DNA of 64,000 nt from Eubacteriales bacterium (lineage in GTDB: Bacteria; Bacillota; Clostridia; Oscillospirales; QAKW01). The translations under genes were made by a program, and so were the position numbers. The DNA is taken from assembly GCA_045636365.1 (NCBI GenBank), contig JAZTXG010000013.1:105912-169911 (forward strand), in the 5' to 3' direction. The first letter of the stretch is position 1; every line of letters starts with the position of its first letter. Positions 47,844-56,733 of this stretch are shown in pieces. The notes beneath the pieces were generated by a model that was not told where the DNA came from, did not search any database, and worked only from the letters and a program-made list of their open reading frames with translations.

Positions 47844-48974
47844 ATGTTATCTAATAGAGATTATAAAAAGTTGCATTATTTGATTCAAGTTGCGTTTGTT
47901 GCCGTATTTTTGTTTTTGGCGTATTTGGCGGTTCGCTATGTCTTTGGAGCAATTGCACCATTTATCATTGCATTCATAGCTGCATCGCTGGTTGAACCGA
48001 TTGTTCGTTTCTTGGTTTCAAAATGCCGCCTTCCGCGCGCTGCCGCCAGTACGATCGGAATAATTTTGCTGCTGATCGCCTTTTTGGCGGTTGCCTCGTT
48101 CATCTCTGTCTTTATTTGGAAAGAAGGCAAAGATCTTGTTTTCCGCCTTCCGGACTATATTTCTTCGATAGCGGAACATATTAAGCATTTGATGCAAAAC
48201 GATACCGGCATTTTCTCTTATTTATCCGATGAATCTATCGCAAAGGTGATGGATTACATTGCAAACTACGATTATAGTACACTGTTCACAGGCTCGATTG
48301 GCGGATCTGTTTTGGGTTATGCCGGAAACATGGTTATACAAATCCCGAACGTTTTAGTATTTTTCATTGTTTCGATTGTTTCGAGTTTCTTTATGTCCAT
48401 CTCCTTCCCTAAGGTTAAGTCGTTCATTTTGGCGCAGTTTAAACCGCAACAACAAAGCTTGATTCTTGATGTTAAGAAATCTTTGTTTTCAACGGTCGGA
48501 AAATATCTTCGTTCTTATTCTATTTTGATGTTTACCACGTTTGCTGAGCTTCTTATTTTCTTTTTGATTTTTGGATTTAAGCCTGCTCTTCCCCTTGCTT
48601 TTTTAATCTCTATCGTTGATATTTTGCCTGTATTGGGTGTTGGGACGATTCTGATTCCCTGGTCGCTGGTTTCGTTGCTCTCCGGTGCGCCTTGGCGTGC
48701 GTTGCTTTTAATTTGTATGTATATTGTCATAACAATTGTTCGTCAAGTTTTAGAGCCCAAAGTGATTGGTGATCATGTAGGAATGATGCCGATCCTGACC
48801 TTATTCTGCATTTGGGTGGGCTTAAAACTCTTTGGTTTTGGCGGTATGTTTTTGATTCCGATTACAGTTGTAATTTTTAAAAATCTTCAAGAGAGCGGAA
48901 AAATCAAGCTTTGGAAAACGGCCTCTGAAGATAATAATTTTGAAAAGGAAGTGCGCGAGAATGGAAATATTTGA
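47844..48974 (+). CDS. ytvI: Sporulation integral membrane protein YtvI (AI-2E/PerM transporter family)
   Basis: 376 aa, about 8 TM segments, with the N-terminal pattern ...FGAIAPFIIAFIAASLVEPIVRFL... typical of YtvI/PerM proteins. Confidence 0.7.
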   Translation: MLSNRDYKKLHYLIQVAFVAVFLFLAYLAVRYVFGAIAPFIIAFIAASLVEPIVRFLVSKCRLPRAAASTIGIILLLIAFLAVASFISVFIWKEGKDLVFRLPDYISSIAEHIKHLMQNDTGIFSYLSDESIAKVMDYIANYDYSTLFTGSIGGSVLGYAGNMVIQIPNVLVFFIVSIVSSFFMSISFPKVKSFILAQFKPQQQSLILDVKKSLFSTVGKYLRSYSILMFTTFAELLIFFLIFGFKPALPLAFLISIVDILPVLGVGTILIPWSLVSLLSGAPWRALLLICMYIVITIVRQVLEPKVIGDHVGMMPILTLFCIWVGLKLFGFGGMFLIPITVVIFKNLQESGKIKLWKTASEDNNFEKEVRENGNI

Positions 48975-49554
48975 GTTAAAACAAAAATTTTGCGATCTTT
49001 ATCGATCAAAAATTAAGCGCGAAGGTGCCGAGGAATTGCTTGAATATCTCTGCGGCAGCGGCTCGGATTTCTTCACAGCCCCTGCAAGCACTCGTTTTCA
49101 CGGAAACTATGCAGGCGGTCTTTGCGAACATAGCTTAAACGTTTATCAATGCTTGAATGAGTATTTAAAGAGGCCGTATACGAAAACCTTATTTTCCAAT
49201 GAATACAGCGAAGAGAGCATTGCAATTGTTTCATTGCTGCATGACCTTTGCAAAGTAAATGTATATAAGACCTCTATGCGCAATGTAAAAAACGATGCCG
49301 GAGTTTGGGAAAAAGTCCCCTACTATGAATTCGACGATAATCTTCCCTATGGCCACGGAGAAAAAAGTGTGTATATCATTGGCGGATTTATGCGTCTTAC
49401 CCGCGAAGAAGCGTTTGCGATTCGCTATCATATGGGATTTTCCGAAGAGAAAGATATCCGAAATTGCTCTAAAGCGTTTGAGATGTATCCCCTTGCCTTT
49501 GCTTTGGCAACCGCCGATATGGAAGCATCGCTTTATCTCGAAGAAAAAAGATAA
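48961..49554 (+). CDS. HD-domain phosphohydrolase of unknown function
   Basis: FHGNYAGGLCEHS ... SLLHDLCK (H...HD) metal-binding pattern. The start is set at ATG 48961, overlapping the ytvI stop by 14 nt. Confidence 0.7.
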   Translation: MEIFELKQKFCDLYRSKIKREGAEELLEYLCGSGSDFFTAPASTRFHGNYAGGLCEHSLNVYQCLNEYLKRPYTKTLFSNEYSEESIAIVSLLHDLCKVNVYKTSMRNVKNDAGVWEKVPYYEFDDNLPYGHGEKSVYIIGGFMRLTREEAFAIRYHMGFSEEKDIRNCSKAFEMYPLAFALATADMEASLYLEEKR

Positions 49555-49557
49555 AAT

Positions 49558-49590
49558 AAAAGCCCTGCTTACGCAGGGCTTTTATTATTT
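49558..49590. terminator. Bidirectional terminator between the HD gene (+) and radA (-)
   Basis: Stem aaaagccctgc/gcagggctttt with loop ttac. Confidence 0.65.
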
Positions 49591-50937
49591 GTTTCTCATT
49601 TTAAAGATCGCTTGAGACACAGAGGAAACTTTGATGATTTCAATTCCATCAAAGGTTTCGTTCAACTTGTTTCTGGACGGAATCATGATGCGTGAAAAGC
49701 CGAGTTTTTGGGCTTCTTTGATACGTTTTTCAATAAAAGAAACCGCTCTGATTTCCCCGGAAAGCCCGATCTCGCCGACGGCAATCAAGTCGCCCGGCAT
49801 TTCAAAATCGGAAAAGGCAGACGCGATTGCCAAAACTGTGGCTAAATCGGCCGCAGTTTCGACAACTCGGAAGCCGCCGACGACATTTAAATATGCGTCT
49901 TGATTATATAATGCAAAGTTAGCGCGTTTCTCAAGGACAGCAATCAATAATGCCATACGATTGAAATCGATACCATTTGCCATTCGACGTGGAACAGGAT
50001 AGCTTGTCTTTGAGACCAACGCTTGTATTTCGGCCAAAATCGGTCGCGTTCCTTCCAGCATACAGGTGACACAAGTTCCGGGGACATTCTCCGGTCGCCC
50101 GTCTAAAAACATTTTTGAGGGGTTTTCAACCTCGACCAATCCCCCATTTTGCATATCGAAGACTCCGATCTCGTTTGTCGAGCCAAAACGATTTTTGACC
50201 GTACGCAAAATGCGATGGTTGAGATTTTTTTCTCCTTCAAAATACAGAACTGTATCTACCATATGTTCCAAAATTTTCGGGCCTGCCAGCGCGCCTTCTT
50301 TGGTCACATGGCCGATTATAAAAACAGTGATTCCTTGGTTTTTTGCCAGATGCATAAATGCGGCTGTCGCCTCTTTGATTTGAGAGACACTGCCGGGAGT
50401 TCCGGAGACATGGTCGCTCATCATTGTTTGAATAGAGTCGACAATTAAAATATTTGGATTATGGGTGCTGCATGCGTTCATAATGGCTGCAACGCTTGTT
50501 TCGCACGCTAAAAGCAAGTTTTCGGAGTCAACACTTAAGCGTTCGGCGCGCAGCTTGATCTGACTCATGGATTCCTCGCCGGAAACATAAAGAATCGACT
50601 TATCTTTGCCGAGATATTTGCAAATCTGGAGCAACAGAGTGGATTTTCCTATGCCGGGGTCTCCCCCGACCAACGTCAAGGATCCGTGTACCAAACCGCC
50701 GCCAAGAACACGATCAAGTTCTTTTAATCCGGTGGAAAAACGCATTTCACTTCCACCCACCACATCCTTGATCGGCTTAATTTCGATCGACTTTGATGCG
50801 CCTGCAAAACCTTTGGTTTCTTGGACGATCTTCTCCTCCATGGTACTCCATTGCTTGCAATGGGGGCATTGCCCATTCCATTTTGGGCTTTCATATCCAC
50901 ACTCTGTACATATATATACTTGCTTGATTTTTGGCAT
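49585..50937 (-). CDS. radA: DNA repair protein RadA/Sms
   Basis: N-terminal zinc finger CTECGYESPKWNGQCPHCKQW, RecA-like GGDPGIGKSTLLLQ, KNRFG, and a Lon-like C-terminal domain. Confidence 0.95.
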   Translation of the reverse strand: MPKIKQVYICTECGYESPKWNGQCPHCKQWSTMEEKIVQETKGFAGASKSIEIKPIKDVVGGSEMRFSTGLKELDRVLGGGLVHGSLTLVGGDPGIGKSTLLLQICKYLGKDKSILYVSGEESMSQIKLRAERLSVDSENLLLACETSVAAIMNACSTHNPNILIVDSIQTMMSDHVSGTPGSVSQIKEATAAFMHLAKNQGITVFIIGHVTKEGALAGPKILEHMVDTVLYFEGEKNLNHRILRTVKNRFGSTNEIGVFDMQNGGLVEVENPSKMFLDGRPENVPGTCVTCMLEGTRPILAEIQALVSKTSYPVPRRMANGIDFNRMALLIAVLEKRANFALYNQDAYLNVVGGFRVVETAADLATVLAIASAFSDFEMPGDLIAVGEIGLSGEIRAVSFIEKRIKEAQKLGFSRIMIPSRNKLNETFDGIEIIKVSSVSQAIFKMRNK

Positions 50938-50994
50938 AGTTTTTATACCGCCTCGATGTTTTTTATTATATTTTAAATGATTATCTCCTTAAAG

Positions 50995-51681
50995 TCAACT
51001 GTTGGCCAAAACGGCGGCAATAGTATCAGCCAGATTTTCTTGATAGCGATTATCTTTTAAAAGTTTCAGTTCATCATCGTTGGAAATAAAGCCACATTCA
51101 ATAATAATCGAAGGGTTATCGATATGAGAAAATAAGTAAATGTTATTTGGTATAGGCTTGATTACCCGAGGCTTTTTAGGTTGGAAATTTTCATTTAAAG
51201 CGGTTTGCATTTTTTGAGCAAGATCCATCGATTGTTCGTTTTTTGAAGAGTAGAAAACTTGAATCCCTTTGACGCTTTGGTCGGGAAATGTATTCATATG
51301 AATACTGATTAGGGGAACGCTTCCATAATCGTTGGCAATTTTGATTCGCTGCTTAATATCAGAAACCTTTTTTTCGTGGATGGTCTCCCCTTCTTGAAAT
51401 ATACTGTTTTCATCGGAGCGTGTCAGAACATTAGAAATCCCCATTTTTTCAAGACGCTTTGATAACTTTAGCGCAATGGATAAATTCAGTTCTTGCTCGG
51501 TAGTCCCGTCTTTTCCGACCGCTCCTCCATCCGGAATTCCGTGTCCCGCATCGATGATATAAGAGACATTTTTTGTTGAAACATGATCAGAGGAAAAATA
51601 TTGAATTTGCGCTGCAACCAGAGCAAACACAGCGCAGATTGAAAAAACGATAGTAACACCTTTGATTTTTCTAAAAAGCAT
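50995..51681 (-). CDS. cwlD: N-acetylmuramoyl-L-alanine amidase, CwlD-like (germination-specific)
   Basis: Signal anchor followed by Amidase_3 motifs (IIDAGHGIPDGGAVG, ISIHMN, IIECGFISN). Size is as for CwlD. The start is probably ATG 51681 (GAAGAGG 8 nt upstream). Confidence 0.8.
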   Translation of the reverse strand: MLFRKIKGVTIVFSICAVFALVAAQIQYFSSDHVSTKNVSYIIDAGHGIPDGGAVGKDGTTEQELNLSIALKLSKRLEKMGISNVLTRSDENSIFQEGETIHEKKVSDIKQRIKIANDYGSVPLISIHMNTFPDQSVKGIQVFYSSKNEQSMDLAQKMQTALNENFQPKKPRVIKPIPNNIYLFSHIDNPSIIIECGFISNDDELKLLKDNRYQENLADTIAAVLANS

Positions 51682-51707
51682 CTCCATCACCTCTTCAAAC
51701 TATATGT

Positions 51708-51740
51708 AAAACCGGTGTGCCATTATGACACACCGGTTTT
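51708..51740 (-). terminator. Terminator after the membrane-protein gene
   Basis: 12-bp stem aaaaccggtgtg/cacaccggtttt. Confidence 0.6.
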
Positions 51741-51742
51741 TA

Positions 51743-52270
51743 TTATTTTTTATCAATATATCTTTTGTATGAAAAAATAATCTTATCCAACAAAACAAAG
51801 TTTTTATAACCTGCGATATAGGCAATCCAGGGAATGATGACCATCGGAATATAGGTCAGCGCCATAATTAAAACCTGGTGGCTTTTAAAAATACCCGCAA
51901 GAGGCCATGTCCAATACATATTCGCAATCATATAGTAAAGCGCATAGATGCCATTGTTGGTTGTGATATAGATTATTAACAAAGCGACCAGAGGAAGAAT
52001 TGTTACGCAGCCTGCCAAAAAGCCTTTATATAAATGACCGCGATAGGAAGGATCTTTTTGAACGCGATGAATATCTTTAAATCCGGCTTTGAAACCGGAA
52101 TTATATGTAACATAAGCATAAAATCCAAAGGAAAAAACAAATGCCAACAGAAAACCCAATTTGCTATTATTAAAGAAAGTGGAAACGCAAAGAACGAGCA
52201 TCGATCCGGAGAGCGCGCCCACAAATTGATCTAAAAATAACGAACCTACTAATTTAAAAAACTTTTTCAT
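51743..52270 (-). CDS. Hypothetical integral membrane protein (about 5 TM)
   Basis: Hydrophobic 175-aa ORF, 3 nt downstream of mutY on the same strand. I recognise no family motif. Confidence 0.6.
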   Translation of the reverse strand: MKKFFKLVGSLFLDQFVGALSGSMLVLCVSTFFNNSKLGFLLAFVFSFGFYAYVTYNSGFKAGFKDIHRVQKDPSYRGHLYKGFLAGCVTILPLVALLIIYITTNNGIYALYYMIANMYWTWPLAGIFKSHQVLIMALTYIPMVIIPWIAYIAGYKNFVLLDKIIFSYKRYIDKK

Positions 52271-52273
52271 TTA

Positions 52274-53317
52274 TTACTCCTTATAGCGTAATTCTTTTAA
52301 ATAATTCAGATAATAGCGAAATGCACTTGGAATTGCTATTTCGTCAAGCAATTCAGGTACAGTCACCCATTTGAATGGATCGTTTGTTTCATTTACATCG
52401 ATTAAATAACCAACCATTTGCCATTCAATGTGGGAAAAAATATGGGTGGAAGAACCGATGGGCATAATATTTTTACCATATTTTTCTTCAATAAGGTCCT
52501 TTGATAGATGTCCTTCAACATTGGGGAATTCCCACATTTTTGCAAGAAGCCCTTTTTCGGGACGGCGATTTAAAGCAATTTTATTATTATGACGAAGGAT
52601 GAAGATTGTGCGCTTTTCAACTTTTCGTTTTTTCTTGGGCGCCTTGAACGGAATTTGGTCGATCAGATTGTTCTTGAATGCATAACACAAGCCATTTAAT
52701 GGACATGAGTTGCAATGGGGTTCGCCGTTCGGGAGGCAAACGGTTGCCCCAAGTTCCATTAGAGATTGAGTAAATTCCGAAGTCTTGCCGCTTGGGTAGA
52801 CAGCTCTTAATGCTTCGGTAAACTCTTTTTTTACTGATTCGGAAGCGATATCTTCATGGGAGCCCAAAACTCTGGACAGTACTCTCAAAACGTTTCCGTC
52901 GACCGCCGGCGTTGGAGCGCCCAATGCAATGGAACAAATTGCACCTGCGGTGTAGTTCCCCACGCCGGGGAGTTTCAGCCATCCGTCAAAATTATTGGGG
53001 AATGCCCCCGCTTCAACGATGGATTTTGCTGCTTTTTGCAAGTTTCTTGCGCGGCTATAATAGCCCAAGCCTTCCCAATACTTCATTAAAACATCTTCCG
53101 GCGCAGCTGCGAGCGCTTCGATGGATGGGAACATTTCCATAAATCGAAGGTAATATGGTATTACAGGATCAACTCTGGTTTGCTGGAGCATGATTTCGGA
53201 TATCCATACTCTATACGGCGTCGGATTATGCCGCCACGGAAGATCGCGCTTATTGGAATCGTACCAATTTAAAAGCGGTTCCACAATTTTGGTCATTTGT
53301 GATTTATCAATATTCAT
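52274..53317 (-). CDS. mutY: A/G-specific adenine DNA glycosylase
   Basis: HhH-GPD fold (LPWR, WISEIMLQQT, LPGVGNYTAGAI), an Fe-S cluster loop C..C..NGLC, and a NUDIX-like C-terminal domain. Confidence 0.92.
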   Translation of the reverse strand: MNIDKSQMTKIVEPLLNWYDSNKRDLPWRHNPTPYRVWISEIMLQQTRVDPVIPYYLRFMEMFPSIEALAAAPEDVLMKYWEGLGYYSRARNLQKAAKSIVEAGAFPNNFDGWLKLPGVGNYTAGAICSIALGAPTPAVDGNVLRVLSRVLGSHEDIASESVKKEFTEALRAVYPSGKTSEFTQSLMELGATVCLPNGEPHCNSCPLNGLCYAFKNNLIDQIPFKAPKKKRKVEKRTIFILRHNNKIALNRRPEKGLLAKMWEFPNVEGHLSKDLIEEKYGKNIMPIGSSTHIFSHIEWQMVGYLIDVNETNDPFKWVTVPELLDEIAIPSAFRYYLNYLKELRYKE

Positions 53318-53408
53318 AATAACACCTAAACTAAATTAATACGAACATTATATATGAAAAATTCAAAAATATCTATAGATTTAACAAAAATTTAAAATCA
53401 AGCAAAAA

Positions 53409-53442
53409 TACGACAAAATTAAATCGCAGGGTTATTTATAAT
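53409..53442 (+). promoter_or_regulatory. Possible Spo0A-dependent promoter of spoIIE
   Basis: TATAAT at 53437-53442 has no recognisable -35. An inverted 0A-box-like heptamer TACGACA (reverse complement TGTCGTA against TGTCGAA) lies at 53409-53415. SD AAGGAG and the ATG are at sensible distances. Confidence 0.3.
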
Positions 53443-53466
53443 TTAATAAAAAACAAGGAGATAAAA

Positions 53467-55605
53467 ATGATTAAAGTACAAAGCAAGATGGATCAGTTCC
53501 AAAACAAAATGATATCTGTGTTTTATTACATATTAAGAGGCGTAATTTCCTTTGGTTTGAGTTTTTTCTTATCGCAATGTGTTCTCTTTGAAAATTTTTC
53601 GCCCTTTTCATTGATTCTTTTTTCCGCCAGCTATAATATTGGGTTGATACCGACGATTTGCTATATGGGGGGAATTATTGGTACATTGCTGACTCCGTTT
53701 GATTTATCGTCGTTTAAATATATTACTGCTTTGACGATGATCTATGTTATATATGTGTTGTTTCAAAAATCATTTAAGTTGATTCGGTATGATACAGCGG
53801 TTTTCACAGCGGTGTGCTGCTTTGTTTCGGGATTTTTGTTCTTATTGGTAGGACAATTGACACTGTTCAATGTTTTAATCCTTGTTGGGGAATCGGTTTT
53901 GATTTGTTGCTGTGTTTATTTTGTCAATTATGCGGCAAATGCGTTCAAAAAGAGTTGTTATCTTACTTCTAAAGAGATCATCGCTGCCTCCATTACCTTG
54001 GTTTTGATTTTTTGTACATTACACAATGTTTATTTTTTAAACCTAAGTGTCGCAAGAATGTTGGGAATATTTCTGATTTTATCGTCGTTATACTGCCTTA
54101 AAATCAGCCATATCGTCGTTTTGGGCTCGTGCATAGGAATTATATTGTCTGCCGTGTCGAGCGGCGGAGAGGTGATTTTCATCGCTGTGGTCACTGCGAC
54201 ATTGGCGGGATGTTTATTTTCATCGTTTTCCAATAAGTTTAGCGTAACCTCTTTTATCATGGTTTACTATTCAAGCCTTATATTTTTGGGGCGGTTTCCG
54301 TGGAGCTACCACTATTTTTTGGAGCCGGTGATTGCTTCGCTTTTGGTGTTTCCGATTCCCAAAACGAAAATAAGAAAAATTTTATCATCATATATCCCCG
54401 TTCGCCAATTTTTCGGTGTAAAATCATCAAGAACAGATGGCTTATATCAAAGCTGCAAAAAAGAATGTGGGGCATTTTGCGACCATGCCAAACATTGTTA
54501 TGGAAAAAACTCAAGTGAACTCAAGGCGATATTGAATAATTTTGATGAACAATATAAAATAAACGGAAAAATTCCCGCAATATCAGAAACTCTCCCCTTT
54601 TGCGTTAAACCCAATGCGATGGAATGCGCCATCCAACGAATATTACAATCCAAAAATAAAAATGAACTTGGAGAGATGATAGATCAGCTGAATTATATAA
54701 GTAAGCGAATCGAGTCTGCCATGGATGAGGAAAGCATCGTTTCGACAAAACACCTTGAGTTGGAACGAAAAATCATGGAAGCATTTAAAAATGATGGGAT
54801 TGATGCAACAGGTGTTCATCTATCGAACGATAATCGCGATTTTTTAAATGGGGTTGTTTCCATTGAAAATTGCGAAATAAACGAAAATAAACAGCGGATC
54901 AGAGAGGTGCTTGCCAAACAAATTTTGGCTCCGTTTACATTGAAATTTGAACAAAATAAAATTATATTCAAAGAAGTCAATCCGTATATGATTCAATGCG
55001 CTGCTCTTTGCAGAGCTAAAGATCAAGAGACCGTATGCGGGGATCAAGCCATCGGTTTTTCTATCGATAAAAAAAGATATTGCCTGATTTTATCTGATGG
55101 AATGGGATGCGGGCGCCAAGCCGGCGCTTATAGCGAACTGACTGTATCGGTATTAAAACGGCTTCTTCAAGGCGGAATGAGCATTTCAAACACATTGAAT
55201 ATCTTGCGCTCGGTCATTCGGTTTAACCCAAAGGAAACGTTCTCCACATTGGATTTATGCGTATTAAATTTAGAGACAGGTATGGCGGATTTTTATAAGA
55301 GCGGAGCTTATGATAGTTATTTTATCAAAGCAGATGGGTGTATCAAAATTGATGGCGGCGGTATTCCGATGGGACTATCGGAGGATGAGCAAATCATACA
55401 TAAGCGAATTTCATTTTCTGAGGATGATTTTCTTGTTATGATATCCGACGGACTAACGATTACAGACGAAGAAATCGATTTATTGATGGACTGTAAACAC
55501 GAAGATTCGCAAACATTTGCGAAAAATATTATGAGAACATTTTCTCATCAACAAGACGATGATGTTACTGTGATGATATGCCGCTTCATTAAATCACCAA
55601 CATAA
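53467..55605 (+). CDS. spoIIE: Stage II sporulation protein E (membrane PP2C phosphatase)
   Basis: About 10 N-terminal TM segments, a central domain, and a C-terminal PP2C domain (CGDQ...LILSDGMGCG...MISDG...DDDVTV). Confidence 0.9.
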   Translation: MIKVQSKMDQFQNKMISVFYYILRGVISFGLSFFLSQCVLFENFSPFSLILFSASYNIGLIPTICYMGGIIGTLLTPFDLSSFKYITALTMIYVIYVLFQKSFKLIRYDTAVFTAVCCFVSGFLFLLVGQLTLFNVLILVGESVLICCCVYFVNYAANAFKKSCYLTSKEIIAASITLVLIFCTLHNVYFLNLSVARMLGIFLILSSLYCLKISHIVVLGSCIGIILSAVSSGGEVIFIAVVTATLAGCLFSSFSNKFSVTSFIMVYYSSLIFLGRFPWSYHYFLEPVIASLLVFPIPKTKIRKILSSYIPVRQFFGVKSSRTDGLYQSCKKECGAFCDHAKHCYGKNSSELKAILNNFDEQYKINGKIPAISETLPFCVKPNAMECAIQRILQSKNKNELGEMIDQLNYISKRIESAMDEESIVSTKHLELERKIMEAFKNDGIDATGVHLSNDNRDFLNGVVSIENCEINENKQRIREVLAKQILAPFTLKFEQNKIIFKEVNPYMIQCAALCRAKDQETVCGDQAIGFSIDKKRYCLILSDGMGCGRQAGAYSELTVSVLKRLLQGGMSISNTLNILRSVIRFNPKETFSTLDLCVLNLETGMADFYKSGAYDSYFIKADGCIKIDGGGIPMGLSEDEQIIHKRISFSEDDFLVMISDGLTITDEEIDLLMDCKHEDSQTFAKNIMRTFSHQQDDDVTVMICRFIKSPT

Positions 55606-55606
55606 A

Positions 55607-55640
55607 AAATAAGAGTTCCCAAAGGAACTCTTAATTTTTT
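55607..55640. terminator. Bidirectional terminator between spoIIE (+) and ychF (-)
   Basis: Stem aagagttcc/ggaactctt flanked by A- and T-runs. Confidence 0.6.
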
Positions 55641-56733
55641 ATACATTGAAACGGAAAAGAACAACATCTCCGTCTTTCATAATATATTCTTTACCTTCGC
55701 TTCGAACCAATCCTTTTTCGCGTGCGGCAACCATAGAACCACATTCGATGAGGTCATCATAAGAAACGATTTCTGCGCGAATAAACCCGCGTTCAAAGTC
55801 GGAATGGATCTTACCTGCAGCTTGCGGCGCCTTGGTCCCTTCTTTGATTGTCCAAGCCTTGGTCTCCATCTCGCCGCTGGTGATATAACTGATCAGACCT
55901 AAAAGATTATAGCAGGTTGAAATCATACGATCCAAACCGCTATGATCAAACCCTAACTCGGCGAGGAACAACTCTTTTTCTTCTTCGTCCAATTCGCTGA
56001 TTTCTTCCTCCATACGGGCGCAAATGACAAGTACCTCTGCGTTTTCCTTAGATGCACGTTCCTCGACCGCCTCAATATAGGGGTTGCTTAACTTTCCGTT
56101 TTTGAAATCCTCTTCGCAAACATTGGCGGCATAAATCACTGGTTTATCGGTGAGCAAAGAAACGCTTTTCATTATTTCTTTTTCTTCGTCGGTCAATTCA
56201 ACTGTGCTGACAAAACGCTCCTGCTCCAACGCCTCTTTAAGCTTATCAAACAGAGCAACCTCAGCCAAATGCTTCTTATCTCCTTTGGCTAACTTTGCGG
56301 CGCGGTCGCGCAGTTTTTCCACCAATTCGATATCAGAGAAGATTAGCTCGAGATTGATGGTATCAATATCGCGGATGGGGTCGACCGAACCATCGACATG
56401 GACGATGTTTGAATCTTCAAAACAGCGAACCACATGGACAATCGCATCCACTTCGCGAATATTCCCCAAAAATTTATTGCCGAGACCCTCGCCTTTGGAG
56501 GCACCTTTTACAAGCCCTGCGATGTCTACAAATTCAATGATGGCGGGAACAACCTTCTTGGAACGATTCATCTCGCCCAAAACATCCAGCCGTTTATCGG
56601 GGACGCAAACAACTCCAACGTTGGGATCGATAGTACAAAACGGGTAGTTTGCCGATTGCGCTTTCGCGTTTGTAATCGCATTAAATAATGTACTTTTACC
56701 GACATTGGGTAATCCCACAATTCCTAATTTCAT
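55639..56733 (-). CDS. ychF: Ribosome-binding ATPase YchF
   Basis: MKLGIVGLPNVGKSTLFNA and a C-terminal TGS-like IHSDFERGFIRAE. 364 aa. Confidence 0.95.
   Translation of the reverse strand: MKLGIVGLPNVGKSTLFNAITNAKAQSANYPFCTIDPNVGVVCVPDKRLDVLGEMNRSKKVVPAIIEFVDIAGLVKGASKGEGLGNKFLGNIREVDAIVHVVRCFEDSNIVHVDGSVDPIRDIDTINLELIFSDIELVEKLRDRAAKLAKGDKKHLAEVALFDKLKEALEQERFVSTVELTDEEKEIMKSVSLLTDKPVIYAANVCEEDFKNGKLSNPYIEAVEERASKENAEVLVICARMEEEISELDEEEKELFLAELGFDHSGLDRMISTCYNLLGLISYITSGEMETKAWTIKEGTKAPQAAGKIHSDFERGFIRAEIVSYDDLIECGSMVAAREKGLVRSEGKEYIMKDGDVVLFRFNV

Noticed and set aside
51699-51728. A sigma-E-like match (TCATAAT-N15-CATATAGT, minus strand) upstream of cwlD.
   Set aside because: The -35 lies in the loop of the upstream terminator, and the predicted start site would land within the cwlD SD. 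The spacing is also off the consensus of 14.
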